From contig NC_047068.1 in the NCBI RefSeq assembly GCF_902459465.1, positions 15,128,001 to 15,192,000 on the forward strand: a stretch of DNA of 64,000 nucleotides. Reading direction: 5' to 3'. Below the pieces are notes generated by a model. It did no database searches. It was given only the letters and a program-made list of their open reading frames with translations, and was not told the DNA's origin. The stretch is from Asterias rubens. Taxonomy: Eukaryota. Position 1 is the stretch's first letter. Each line of letters starts with the position of its first letter. Made by a program: the position numbers and the translations under genes. Below, one piece after another: positions 1 to 11,081 of the stretch.

Positions 1-1
1 A

Positions 2-273
2 CCACCCCTTGCAATAGTGAAACGTCGCAAGCTCGCCTGGTATGCTCATGTGTCCTGTTACGACTCCCTGTCTAAAACCATCCTCAGAAGAACAGTTGAG
101 GGAAGCAGCAGAGAGGAATTCATGGTCTGACAGTATTCGAGACTGAGAGGCCAAAACACTGCCCTTGTATGCATGACAGAGGACAGATAACTGTGCCGAT
201 CCCTGACAACAGATGCATCTATCACGGTACCCCAGTGACCATCATGACAGTCTCTGGATGTGTGAGTGAGTGA
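2..273 (+). mobile_element. Decayed 3' end of an RTE-clade non-LTR retrotransposon (RT C-terminus plus short tandem-repeat tail)
   Basis: Plus frame 2 reads PPLAIVKRRKLAWYAHVSCYDSLSKTILRRTVEGSSR, then frameshifted WSDSIRD* and TEDR*LCRSLTTDASITVPQ. This matches the KRRKLxWFGHV...LSKTILQGTVEG.RRRGR...W.DNI..W...WR.L....S..PQ pattern of RTE ORF ends. It terminates in a (GAGT)n-like tail at about 261-273. Stops and frameshifts indicate it is dead. Confidence 0.8.
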
Positions 274-379
274 ATAATTTAGTCTGGAAAGGATAGTTTC
301 ATAAACATCTGGAAGATCCAACTGACAACACCTTAACACTGTTTCAAGCTGTTCTTATATCAGCACTAATAACTCCACC

Positions 380-1345
380 ATGAATGAAACTGAGAGTGAC
401 GTGAACGACTACAACGTTATCAGAGGTAGCATTGTCGGTGTGACTTCAATTCTCATAATAACACTGGGTTTATTTTCTCTATTTGTTTTACCTAAAGTCA
501 GCAGTATCCAAGACACAACCAAAGTATTTCTGAGGTCCATGACAGTCGCAAACCTTGGTGTTGGGTTTGTTATTGCTGTTCCAGCTACCTTATCAGTGAT
601 TTGTGAAAACTGTGGTGACTCTACGCTATGTGGAATAAAAGCATTTTTGGGAATAATTTTAACCTGCATGTCTAATTTGTCGCTACTTATCTTAACCGTT
701 GATCGTTACATTTCAGTTGTGCATGCGCTTCAATACAATGCACTTGTTACAGTCAGGCGTGCACGAATTGCTGTATGTTGTGTGTGGGGAATTGGAACCC
801 TTCTGGCGACTTCGTTGGGTTTCCTTAACGAATGGAGATCAATTTTCAGTCTGAAAACTATGATGTGTGTTTTCTACTTAGATAAAGTACATCAAGAATA
901 CATTCAATATATGATGGTGATCTCCCTTTGCATCACAACCAGTAGCCTGCTTGTTGTTTTAATAACATACACCAGGCTCTTCATCATTTCACGTCATCAT
1001 GCTCGACAAATAAATGCCTTGAACAATCAACTTGCACTTGCTAGAAATCAGCCTGAGCCACCACGACCAAACCACAAAGCAGTCCACACAATGCTTCTCA
1101 TAGTTTTGGTGGCCTGTTTTGCCAGCTTGCCAGCTGTGATCTTGACATTTTGTTTTTCGGTTTTTCAACAAGATTCCAACATCACAGTTTTCTTTCTGTC
1201 TGTGTTTCCTTCTCTGACAAACAGTTGGTCCAACGAGATGATCTACTACCTGAGGAATGCTGGATTCCGCCAAACTGCCCGAACTCTGGTGACATCATGG
1301 TACCAATATTTCAAGCGGCACATTCCATTTATCAAGACAAACTAG
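380..1345 (+). CDS. Class A (rhodopsin-family) GPCR, 321 aa, intronless CDS; amine-receptor-like orphan, possible chemoreceptor
   Basis: Seven hydrophobic segments; TM3 LTVDRY, TM3-start Cys (LCGIK) and ECL2 Cys (MMCVF), TM5 ITYTRLF...RHHARQI, TM6 KAVHT...FASLP, TM7 NSWSNEMIYYLRN..FR. Kozak-like ccaccATG. An acceptor-like ttcttatatcag at 352-363 suggests a 5'UTR exon lies outside the window. Confidence 0.93.
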   Translation: MNETESDVNDYNVIRGSIVGVTSILIITLGLFSLFVLPKVSSIQDTTKVFLRSMTVANLGVGFVIAVPATLSVICENCGDSTLCGIKAFLGIILTCMSNLSLLILTVDRYISVVHALQYNALVTVRRARIAVCCVWGIGTLLATSLGFLNEWRSIFSLKTMMCVFYLDKVHQEYIQYMMVISLCITTSSLLVVLITYTRLFIISRHHARQINALNNQLALARNQPEPPRPNHKAVHTMLLIVLVACFASLPAVILTFCFSVFQQDSNITVFFLSVFPSLTNSWSNEMIYYLRNAGFRQTARTLVTSWYQYFKRHIPFIKTN

Positions 1346-1359
1346 ATGCATGAAGAGTT

Positions 1360-1497
1360 TGGGGTCCGAGCTGAGGAATCAGGGAGACTCAGTGGTTTCT
1401 TTAACCCTGGTTCGAATCCCACTTCAGACCAGAGTCTTGCGTACAGATTTGGTTTTCAGTCCCTATCTGATTGAGGGGGTTTTCCCCATTGAGCATG
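1360..1497 (+). mobile_element. Degenerate tRNA-derived SINE
   Basis: B-box GGTTCGAATCC at 1409-1419 followed by ...ggttttcagtccctatctgattgaggggttttccc, similar to the minus-strand copy at 24807-24959. Confidence 0.55.
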
Positions 1498-2619
1498 TTG
1501 AGCATTGTTGAGGATTTTGCTAATGGCAGGCTCACAGCAGTGCCCTTACATCAGTAGCCTTGTCATCAAACGCTCTTTACGCAAGAACCTCACTATTAGT
1601 TCAACAGGTAGCGCTGAACGCAAACTGCATAGTTACATGTACTGGCACGGTACTGGGTACTTGATAATACATTATTTGCAGAAAGAGTCGAGAAAAGGCT
1701 ATTACATCAGGGGTCTGTGGCAAATAGTTCATTACATGAAATGCAACGTTGAAACAATTTTCTGCTGTTCTTTATTGGAGTAAAACCAGAAGAATAGGTC
1801 ATCAGAACACCTCTCTTATGCTAGGACTGTCTCTTCTACAACTTTCACTTGGAGTTTTAAGACTGAAGATGTCAAATTTCACTAATCGCGATTATATCGA
1901 ATATCGCGATTTATTGTCGGCGATATGTCGTGGATGAAATAAATCGATATCGCCCAAGCTTTCTGCCACAATGTTGCCTATCACACCTCATGCTGTTTAT
2001 TGTACTAGTGTATTAGAATCTATAAAATGCAAAAAATATACACTTCTTAATCATAGAAAGAACAGGCCTGCGCCTGTACGCTTCATTTTTGAAAGGGCAA
2101 GGACGCTAACATTTTCTCCTTGGTAAAAGTAAAAGGTATTTAGCATTTTGAAGTTTATTCTTGCTGCATTGTGTAAATAAAAGCTCTCATTAGATGCTCA
2201 GAAAACACGAGAAAAAGTCTCAATGTCTAGTTATAACCTGTGTGAAACAGAAAAGCTAAGTCTACACTACAATCACTCTAATATTGCCATATTTCCATGT
2301 ATTTCACCCCTTCTTGAGGCAAAGAGGAATCAACATTTCAATCTAAATAATACACAAACGTCGATCATGAAAATTTGATTGTATTGGACAAGTCTGTAGC
2401 CTTTTTGCAATCGCATGCTCAAGAGTCATCAGGCCGTAGGGAGGAGGGTTACGTTATCACAACTATCGCATGCGCAGCAATCAGCAAAAAGTAAACAGAC
2501 TGATCACAGACTTGTGGGCTGTTCCCCGACCCGTGGGATTGTTCTGTACACAAATTATGGTTTGCCAACATAATTGTAATTACAGTAAAATGGCGTGGAT
2601 GTGATCTGAATTACAATTA

Positions 2620-3057
2620 GGGAATGAAAGGGTAGCGACGAGTTCTTCAACGGCTGTTTAAAGCCGGCAGGGTCGCCGAAAGCGAGGGCCTCTATCGCAC
2701 GGCAAAGACCCTGCAAGGTTTTAAACGGACGTTTAAGAACAAGTCACTACTCTTTTATTCCCGTTCATAAATGCCCTTTTGTTAAAAAACGAAAAAAAAA
2801 TACAATTATAGACACTTTAACAATTGAAAATTCGAGGTGAATCTGTTCGATGCGCCTGGGTTGTGTGTACGCGCGTGCGTGCGAAGATTACGCGATTACT
2901 ATTGCTATGAATTGCATTCCGCGTAATAATCTTGCGCGCCCGACACGCTGAAGCCAGCTCGTTACAAACACTGGTCATTATCAAAGGTTTATACACCCCC
3001 ACGTGACGCGCTCTCCACCAATAGGAAAAGCGAAACTATCTGAGGTATTTATGAATA
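2620..3057. mobile_element. Interspersed repeat of about 440 bp, second copy at 55566-56018
   Basis: Long shared blocks, e.g. aaggttttaaacggacgttt(a/g)agaac(a/g)agtcactactcttttattccc...tacaattatagacacttt(a/g)acaattgaaaattc...ctctccaccaatagga. Superfamily not assignable by eye. Confidence 0.75.
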
Positions 3058-3123
3058 TAAACTTATAACTTTTTAACATTTGTCTTTTGAGTTTGCAGAG
3101 TGGATCTGACCCTCTCGATTAAC

Positions 3124-3275
3124 TAGTTGTGATAATGTAACCCTCCTCCCGACAGTCGTGCGGCTGTCGGGAGGAGGGTTACGTTACTGCAACTACGATT
3201 AACATGCTTAAGTTTTGACAGTTGCGATAGCATAACCCTCCTGCAGTCGGCAGGAGGGTTACCTTATCACAACTA
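3124..3275. repeat. Two adjacent palindromic mini-elements (72 nt and 56 nt); half copy at 2439-2465
   Basis: tagttgtgataatgtaaccctcctcccgacag-tcgtgcgg-ctgtcgggaggagggttacgttactgcaacta, and a shorter version with the same outer arms. Confidence 0.8.
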
Positions 3276-3417
3276 AAGTTTTGAGAGTTCAAAGAACACA
3301 ATTATAGCCTAATTTTGGCGAGATTTGATTTATAAAAAAATATCAAAAGGACAGATGGTCAAAACGAAACGCTTGTGTTGTGAGATATGATATTGGTTAT
3401 TGAATTGAAGTAATGTC

Positions 3418-3457
3418 CCCGCCCCCACCCCCCCACCCCCCCCCCCCCCCCCCCCCC
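3418..3457. repeat. Poly-C tract (G-quadruplex-capable on the minus strand)
   Basis: About 40 nt of C interrupted by one G and two A. Confidence 0.9.
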
Positions 3458-5383
3458 GTACTTGGCAAACAAAACCTAACGTAGTGTTATGATATAAACG
3501 GCTTAAAAAAATAGTGTTTGCTAAAAACATAGCTGGTAAAAATGGTAGTTGTAACAATACATTACAACAAACAACACTCAACCAAACACTACCCTCATAA
3601 CAGTCACGGAAAGTGAGTAAAGAAAATCACAAAAACAAGGAAGATACAGTACACACAAAATAGAATAACACATCACAATCAGAGCGCAGAGCACAGCAGA
3701 CAACATTTATTTTAAACATTCAACACAGGTCACAATGAGATAAAATATTACCATTTGAACGACTTGCAGCTCACCACACGTGTCATCCAATAATTACCAA
3801 AGGTGTAGGCTTTATTGTGCAGATATTCAATTGACTCGAACAGGATTCATTTACACACATTCACTAAAAAAATAGCGGAAGTATATCGTGTAACATCTGG
3901 TTAAATAGAGTCGCCATCTGCAAAAAATATTGATAACAACATGTTTAGCCGGCGCCACCTTGTGACGGACAAGAGCAATGTTTTTAAAGCTGGGTGGTGG
4001 GCGTGGCTGGGAATTTAAAATGGGGGAAGTCGCATGTTTTTGGTTGGTTGCTAATAAAATCAGGACTCGAGTTTGAAAAGAAAACCCACAAGACTTGTAG
4101 TTCAGATTCTTTACAGGACCAGGGGTGTCATTTGCAAGACCAGAATCAAGATGAGAAAAGAATAGAATCAAAATGAGTTTCTATCCTAAAACTTTTTTAT
4201 TTGAATAAACCATGGAGGTACTAAACACTATACTATCTAAGAGAAAAATTATTACTGTCTTTTTAGGCTTGATACTCAGACGGATTGAAAGATGTTTGTG
4301 AGACTCAATCTCAACATTTTTCTTTTGAGACAAAGATTTTGAAATGAATTTTTATTTTATTTTTAATTACAAGTCCACTGGAGACTTGCCCTGCTCTTCA
4401 GTTTCTTGACCTGACACTGGCCTCCATGCCAGGGCACTGTGTTAAAATTTGAACCCTGAAAATATACAACATAATAAGTGCATTTTTTCCCCGTTAGTTT
4501 GAACTCCTAACTCCTCTCAGAACCTTTTTTCCCCGACAAGTTGTCTCATACTCAAAGGGTTTGTTTCTAGAGGCAAACCCAGAAGGACTTGTCAAAGGAC
4601 CTTCTATTCCCTCTAAAAATGTCATACTAAAGGCCCCGGCCCTTCCCTCTTTTTTCTCCTCGGCATAAAATTCTCTGTGTTTCTCAAAAGGTTAAGTTTC
4701 TCGTTTCTACTGTGTAAGCTTAGTATCCAGGAATAGTGAAAAAAACAGTGAGTGCAAAGCATGAAAGCTTGGGAGCGGTTGAGCCTGAGAAAGTGAAACC
4801 ATGGTTACAAACATGTGTCTTTACTCTGCATTTCTGGGGGGTCCCATGTGGTTTTATCTTCATATAAAACTGATCTTAATTCTTAAAAATAAACAAATAA
4901 TGTAAAATTATAGACTTTTTTTCGAGGGGGGGGGAGGGGAGGTATTGTTGGCGGAAAAACTGGATTTCTGGTTAAAAATGAAGAAATCTCATCCCGAGAA
5001 CACCCTCACTGACACCTCTCCCAATATACGTAAGGTTTTTAAAAACAAAACTATGGTTTACTCAAATAATGACAAATTAACAAATGTTGGTCATAACTTT
5101 CTTAACAATTATTTTTTATTATATTGCATAGATCTATTAAAGGGAACTACAGTTACCATACATCCAGGACATAAACTTTGACAATCAAACCTAACACCCC
5201 TAAAATCACACCCCAACCCCTCCGTCAATAGGAGACCTGTAGGTAGCTTTTTTGAGGCAGCACAAAGTACAAGGTATATCAATCATTCTCAGAAATGAGT
5301 GCATGCATGCTCAGGACTATGCTAACAACAGAAAAAAATGACTCTGTACATGTATATATCTGCTGGCACACAACAGTCCCCTA

Positions 5384-5491
5384 AAGCCTGGTTCATACTT
5401 CCTGCCAATGCGAACACAGTACGAATTTTGCGAAAACAGTCATGTGACACCAAAATTTGTATCACATTTGCAGGAAGTATAAACCGGGCTT
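5384..5491. mobile_element. 108-bp MITE with 22-bp imperfect TIRs (Harbinger-like)
   Basis: aagcctggttcatacttcctgc ... gcaggaagtataaaccgggctt. Confidence 0.65.
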
Positions 5492-5857
5492 ACATGTATG
5501 TCACTCACATTACGTCATAGAACTGACAGGTTATACATTGTACGTTTCCTTTTACATTTTTGTTATTAATTTTAATCCTGTTAAATTTTCCTGAAATGTG
5601 TAGAAACCTCTTTAAGACATCAGGATAGACGATGTACTTATTTATTTATCAATAGATTTAATACAGGGAATTTAAAATAAATGTGTGTATACACAAGTGT
5701 TTTCTGACTACAAAACTTTTTAGTACGAGGGTTCCTGGTTTAATCTGCAACTTGATAAACACAGGAGAAGTCATGTTAAGCAGCCGCACTTTTACCAACC
5801 ATTTGTTGAAATAATGAAAGTACCAACCGCTACTGTGCTTCTTAACAAGAACTTTTT

Positions 5858-6013
5858 AAAGGTCATGATTTTTGGTGGGTTATTACCAATCTGTGATCGT
5901 ACCTTTAACTAAGCACTGCTTTAGTAAAACATGGTTAAACAAAGGTCATGATTTTTGGTGGGTTATTACCAATCTGTGATCGTACCTTTAACTAAGCACT
6001 GCTTTAGTAAAAC
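5858..6013. repeat. Exact 73-bp direct duplication (period 83)
   Basis: 5858-5930 is identical to 5941-6013; spacer atggttaaac. Confidence 0.9.
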
Positions 6014-9000
6014 TGGGCCGAGGCTTCCACCATATAATTTATCAGCTTGCTTTAAAACACTGTATAAAAACAACAAATGTTTTTTTTTACAATATCAAGC
6101 TTACAACTTTTGACTTAAATTTGCAGTTGTGAAAAAGCTGTGAAACAACAGCCCGTTATTTTAACTAAATTTAAATATGTGTAACATCTTATCAAATATA
6201 TTACTTCCCTATCACCGTGGGTAACCATACACATCCAGCCAGCGGAGACAAAGATCAACTTAACTTTAATGATGAGAAGTCTCAATTAGTGTACAACACT
6301 ATACTTTACCGCTTTCATATAAGCCTTTTGCAAGTTAGATTTTATTTAAGTGTAGTAATTGACTTGCTTAGTACCAACCTTCCGCCTAAATTTGAATTCA
6401 ATTCGAATTGAATTCAATTTGAATTCATCAGACTACACAGACAGCTGCTATGTCACACAAGTCGGGGGCTAGCTTTTGTATAGCAAATTCCAGATGAGCA
6501 AACTCCATTTTGCCAGACACATTCATTTAGAATTGTGTATGGGCGTTCAGTGTCTCTCACGTAACTACGCAAATGCTTGCCCCGAATCATGTGGCGTAAA
6601 TACTGTCTCTCTAGTTTGAGGAATTCAACTTGAAGCAACAACTTCTGATCCAGCAAGTACTTGTACCACACTTAATTCAACTCTAACTCACAAAATGACT
6701 TATTAGTTAAGAGTTTGTAGTGATTTTTCTTTTCATTTGATGTAGGGACAGCTACAATGGCTCCCTACGCTCACCGACTGAATACTGAATCGGGCTGCCA
6801 GCAGCCTTGGATATTACACAGAGTTTATTGACAACAACAACATTTTGTTTTCTCTCTCATGATTATAATCAACAATGTATTTATATTAGGCCTGCATTCA
6901 AACATCCCCCCCCTGGATCTATAGTACAATTTACATACCTCAGAATGAGAGTACTTTAATGTTAACAATAATTATTTGATATGTACAGAACTTGCCTTTA
7001 TACCTGTAAACTTGAAGTCTATTTTCTAGGAATATCTGCGGAGATCAAAACCCATAAAGCTAGATACATACATTAGCTTTAAAAGAACAAAATAGATTTG
7101 TGCAATGTCATCCCTTGACTTTTTGTCTTTTCATTTCTCCATCTATAATTACACACTGAAATGCAGCACATGTGTTAAAAGCAAAGCCGTGTGCTTGCAA
7201 GAAAGAAAAAACTCTAACAAATTTGCAGTCAAAGGTTGATGTTGAAAGGGTGCAATATGAGATTGGTTCGCATTTAAACCATGGAACTCTCTGAGTTGTG
7301 TTGATTCTGACATGAGCTGGCAGTGTAACAACTCAACATTTTACAAACTTGACAACACCAAATATTGCTTAGCAGCAGAAATGGGTTACCTGAAAACATA
7401 CTATGTAATTTATATATTTGTGACTGGTCCTACAGGTATGCTACAATTGCTTGACAAATCAATCCAGCAATTTTTCCCCTGTTGTACATAGCTCAATTCA
7501 TAAAGCCTGTCAGTACAAATGGTCTTGCTTAACAGAAACAGGCTACCAGCCAACATTTTATATATAGTTGCCATTGCTCCGCCTGGTGCCCTACTAAATT
7601 TGTTGCTTAGGAAAGAAATTTGCTGAGAAGTATTTTTTGCTCTAAACAACTTTGTGAAAATGGGCCAAGGTTGATAAAAATGGTCGCAGATCAAACATAA
7701 TAACATGTAGAGGTTATTCCATTCTACTACAAACCTCTTTTTCTGTGAGTTCGCTGTTATTATAACATTGTGCATATAGGTGACATTGTGTCTCAATAAA
7801 AACCAAAATACATCACAAATCAACAACACATTTTCTCGCTAGTATTCCCTATCAAAACTTATCCTAATAACAATTTATCCTCCAGACCAATAAAACCCAT
7901 GGGTATGGAATAACAGAATATGAAAAAGTGTAAGAAATGAACTCCAAATTGCAACCGAAATAAACACACAACTCACACACTGTATACACAATCCATCTGT
8001 ATGAATGGCTATAAATATTAATGCATACAATCTGTACATTGGCATAGAGAGACAAATTAAAGGAAAGTCACAGCACAGGCCTTAACCAAATCCTCAAATT
8101 CTATTCAGTAGACTTGCAGATGGTGGTAAGCATCTACCCTGTCTACTTCATGAGGCTCAAACCACAGTCTTCAAAATGTTGAGACCTATCTCACCCAGTT
8201 CTTTCTTTTTACAACATCGAAATTCTTAACACATGGTTCTTAAAAACCTTCCTCTTCCTCTGATGAAACTTCTTTGAGAGTAGAGCCGAGGGTTAAAACG
8301 AAAATCTGTTCTGAAACCAATGCTGTGATTTCCATTTAAATCATCAAAGACACATAAGGGTTAACAACGACAAGTTTCCCTTCACAAATATTATTGCATA
8401 AATGAAAACAACCCAGGAGCTTAAAGGCAAAGTATACCTTTGGTTTTTAAAACCGCTTGATTGTTTGAATCCTAAATAAATGTAGATTAACTAACCTGTG
8501 AAAATATCTTTGATTAAGCAGCATATAAACCAACTATACCAATACTGTACATTATCTTGATTCAAAGAGAGTGAGCCTACCAATGTGGTGCCACCATTAC
8601 CAGCGGATTTCACAGCTTAGCATGGAACTTGTGCTCATGCGCATGCATACTCCATGTCACTAGGCATTCTTCGCTTGCACATCAAGCGCAGAATTTGGTG
8701 GTAAGCAGAACCATGAAACAGGGCCATGGTGTGACATCATGGTCAGAGTGCCTGACTTATTAACAACTAACAACCCCAATCTTAACATTGTAGTACACCA
8801 GTGCAGCAGTATCAGCAAAGACTTAAATATCCGTATTCAGAAAAGACCCCCCTAAAGTACATGTGATAAAAAATCGATAAGTGTTGTAATATGAGCATCT
8901 ACAAATGGCATTTAATAATAATAATAATAACAATAAACTGTTGTACTTTAGAGTCCTTTACACTGAATAAGGTCCCATCTTGCTCTTCTTTACAAAGTTC

Positions 9001-9188
9001 ACCAAGTTGAAGTGAAAAAGGTATCCAATTTAATATTGAATGATCATCTTGTGGTAAATCATGGCCGAGTTGATCTTACATCTAAGACACCATTCAGAAG
9101 AAAAACAAGTTAAATCAGACAAGATCATCTGTGATTACTAGAACTCATAACACATACAGTTTTGAACTACTAAACTCTTTACAACATG

Positions 9189-9439
9189 CAGGGCTAAATT
9201 TCATGGTTCTGCTTACCGGAAGCAGAGAATCGGCACTTATGTAAGAATGGAATTCAGCGATTACATCAAGCATATTTCACGTGTAAGAAGGGACCTATTG
9301 CTTGTGCGCGTGCATACTCCCCGTTACTAGGCATTCTTTGCTTACACAGCTGCACATAACTCTGACGCTTGCACAGTCAGAAAATGCTGATAGCAAGCAC
9401 AAAATTCGGTGTTAAGCAGAGCAATGAAAGTGGGCCCTG
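9189..9439. mobile_element. MITE of the abundant GGGCCCAATTTCAT family (Harbinger-like); many relatives in the window
   Basis: TIRs cagggctaaatttcatggttctgctta / taagcagagcaatgaaagtgggccctg. Related segments at about 8590-8727, 10190-10565, 21340-21710, 22695-22870, 22975-23180, 30290-30460, 33720-33860, 39400-39570, 42925-43170, 56780-56940 and 63380-63420. Confidence 0.7.
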
Positions 9440-10594
9440 ATCAACGTTCTGATGCTACCATCTACGTACACCTAGAGTTATTAAACATAAAAATGAATGG
9501 AAGACAACGTTGGGTTTTACCTTATATTATCAATAGTAATAAAAAAAGTGCTTTAAACAGAATTTACACGATCCACTGAAATCACAGTGACAGCAAGTGA
9601 TCATGTTGCTGTCACTCGCCACGAAACCTAGCTCTTTTTAAGAAAAAAATAATTAATCACATTTCATTGTATGAATGAGACTGTTCATTGGATTTGACAT
9701 AGTCAGTTACATACAAGGGAAGCTGTCACATTTCATTCAACTTTTTTCTGGGACCACTGGAGAGTCGGAACCTTTTCTGTACATTGAGTGGCCATCTTTG
9801 TTTTTTTTAGGGGCATGAAACTTCGTCAGACCTGAACGATGACCTTTGTTTACGCCATGGTTCGAGACCTCTTTGTTGAAAGCACATGGCTTCAGAAGTT
9901 CCCCACAGAGCTAAAGTTAACCAAAGCAATGATTTTGGAAGAGGACCCATTGGAAGTAAAATAAATAACTAGAGCGTCAATAGATGTGTGTAATATTAAA
10001 GGCCTATTAGTATTGTTAAAATCTGTCAGAAAACATCCCAAAAATGGATGATGGATGACAATAAACTTTTAGAGTACCTCGATGAATGATTCATTAATTA
10101 ACTACCACTTGCACTTTTTTTTTTCACGAAAAGTGCAATCAGATAGCAAATACTTGTAAGGAATTAATGTTTAACACTTTTATTAAACCACAAGCAGCTA
10201 ATTTCATAGTCCAGCTAAGCACAAACGATTGCAAAAGATAAACTCTCAGGGTTCAAACTCAACGGCAAGGTGATGTAAAGTGTTGAGAGACGACTCCCCG
10301 CTTACTTTTCATTAAGTTATTTTAGCTAGGTTATATTTTAGCTTAGCTGTAAAATCAAATTAAAAGCAAAATTTCGTAGAGCTGTTGAAGCAGAAAATGT
10401 TGTATATAAGTTTCACTAAGCAAAAAAGTTCATGAAGGAACCAGTCACCATTGTTACAATGTATGACATGGTAGTTTGACTAGTAACCTCTTTCCAGTAA
10501 GCACAACTGTTTTGTGCTTAGCTAAAATTGTCCCTGCATAATAGCAGCTCTTAGAAAGTGGACCCCTAGTAATTCATTTACTTGATATATGTTA

Positions 10595-11081
10595 AGGCCG
10601 AGTCACACTGCAGCGATAACGAAAACGATCACGACGCAAAGAGAATGCACTAAATAAATAAATAATTTGGGGGGCTAATCATCCTTACTCGCAGCCAAGA
10701 GGTGAATTGCGAAGAATGCGGCTACAACATGTTCGAGAAGCAGGCATGCAAGGGCGCCTTTGGCTGCCAGCCACATCAACCCACTATGACCACGGAGCAC
10801 AGCCAAGATCGAAAGTGTTTGATTTTTCCCGAGGGAGGAAAACCGGATGGTCTGGAAAACCCTCGACACACAGCAGAGAACCAACGCACATAAGGCCCTG
10901 AATCAAACCGGGGTCACCTTGGTGTGAGGACGAGCGCTTTACGCACAAGCCCACCATGCCACCCGTCTACTGGTTGAATTAGCGTGTGTGTATTCTGCGT
11001 GGAGCAATTCAACCAATAGAATGCATTATCTTTGCGTCGTGATTGTTATCGTTTTGGTTATCGCTGCAGTGTGACTTGCCT
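10595..11081. mobile_element. Harbinger-like fold-back MITE with TTA target-site duplication, interrupted by a SINE
   Basis: tta|aggccgagtcacactgcagcgataacgaaaacgat ... atcgttttggttatcgctgcagtgtgacttgcct|tta. An uninterrupted relative lies at about 41925-42100. Confidence 0.8.
10651..10964 (-). mobile_element. Near full-length tRNA-derived SINE with V-domain-like core and (ATTT)n tail
   Basis: Minus strand: ggtggcatggtgg (A-box-like) ... ccccggtttgattc (B-box-like) ... gagggttttccagaccatccggttttcctccc (resembles the V-SINE GGTTTTCTCCGGGTACTCCGGTTTCCTCCC core) ... ttatttatttattta. Confidence 0.7.

Noticed and set aside
58-339. 93-aa minus-strand ORF as a gene
   Set aside because: It is the antisense shadow of the decayed RTE fragment on the plus strand.
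2-1497. GPCR as a LINE-transduced retrocopy because an RTE end lies just upstream and a SINE just downstream
   Set aside because: There is no poly(A) remnant or TSD, and an acceptor-like site at 361-363 suggests the RTE piece is simply in a 5'UTR intron. Intronless CDS is normal for this family.
2395-2436. Minus-strand CTGATGA-ctc-tt-gag motif as a hammerhead
   Set aside because: The GAAA/NUH half is missing (CAAAAAGGCT); at most a very decayed relic.
4371-4455. 85-nt minus-strand exon candidate (ttttcag ... gtaatt)
   Set aside because: No convincing partner exons or recognisable product; compatible with chance splice signals.
8255-8310. CTGATGA followed by GAAA as a hammerhead
   Set aside because: No coherent stem II closing onto GAAA and no stem I/III.
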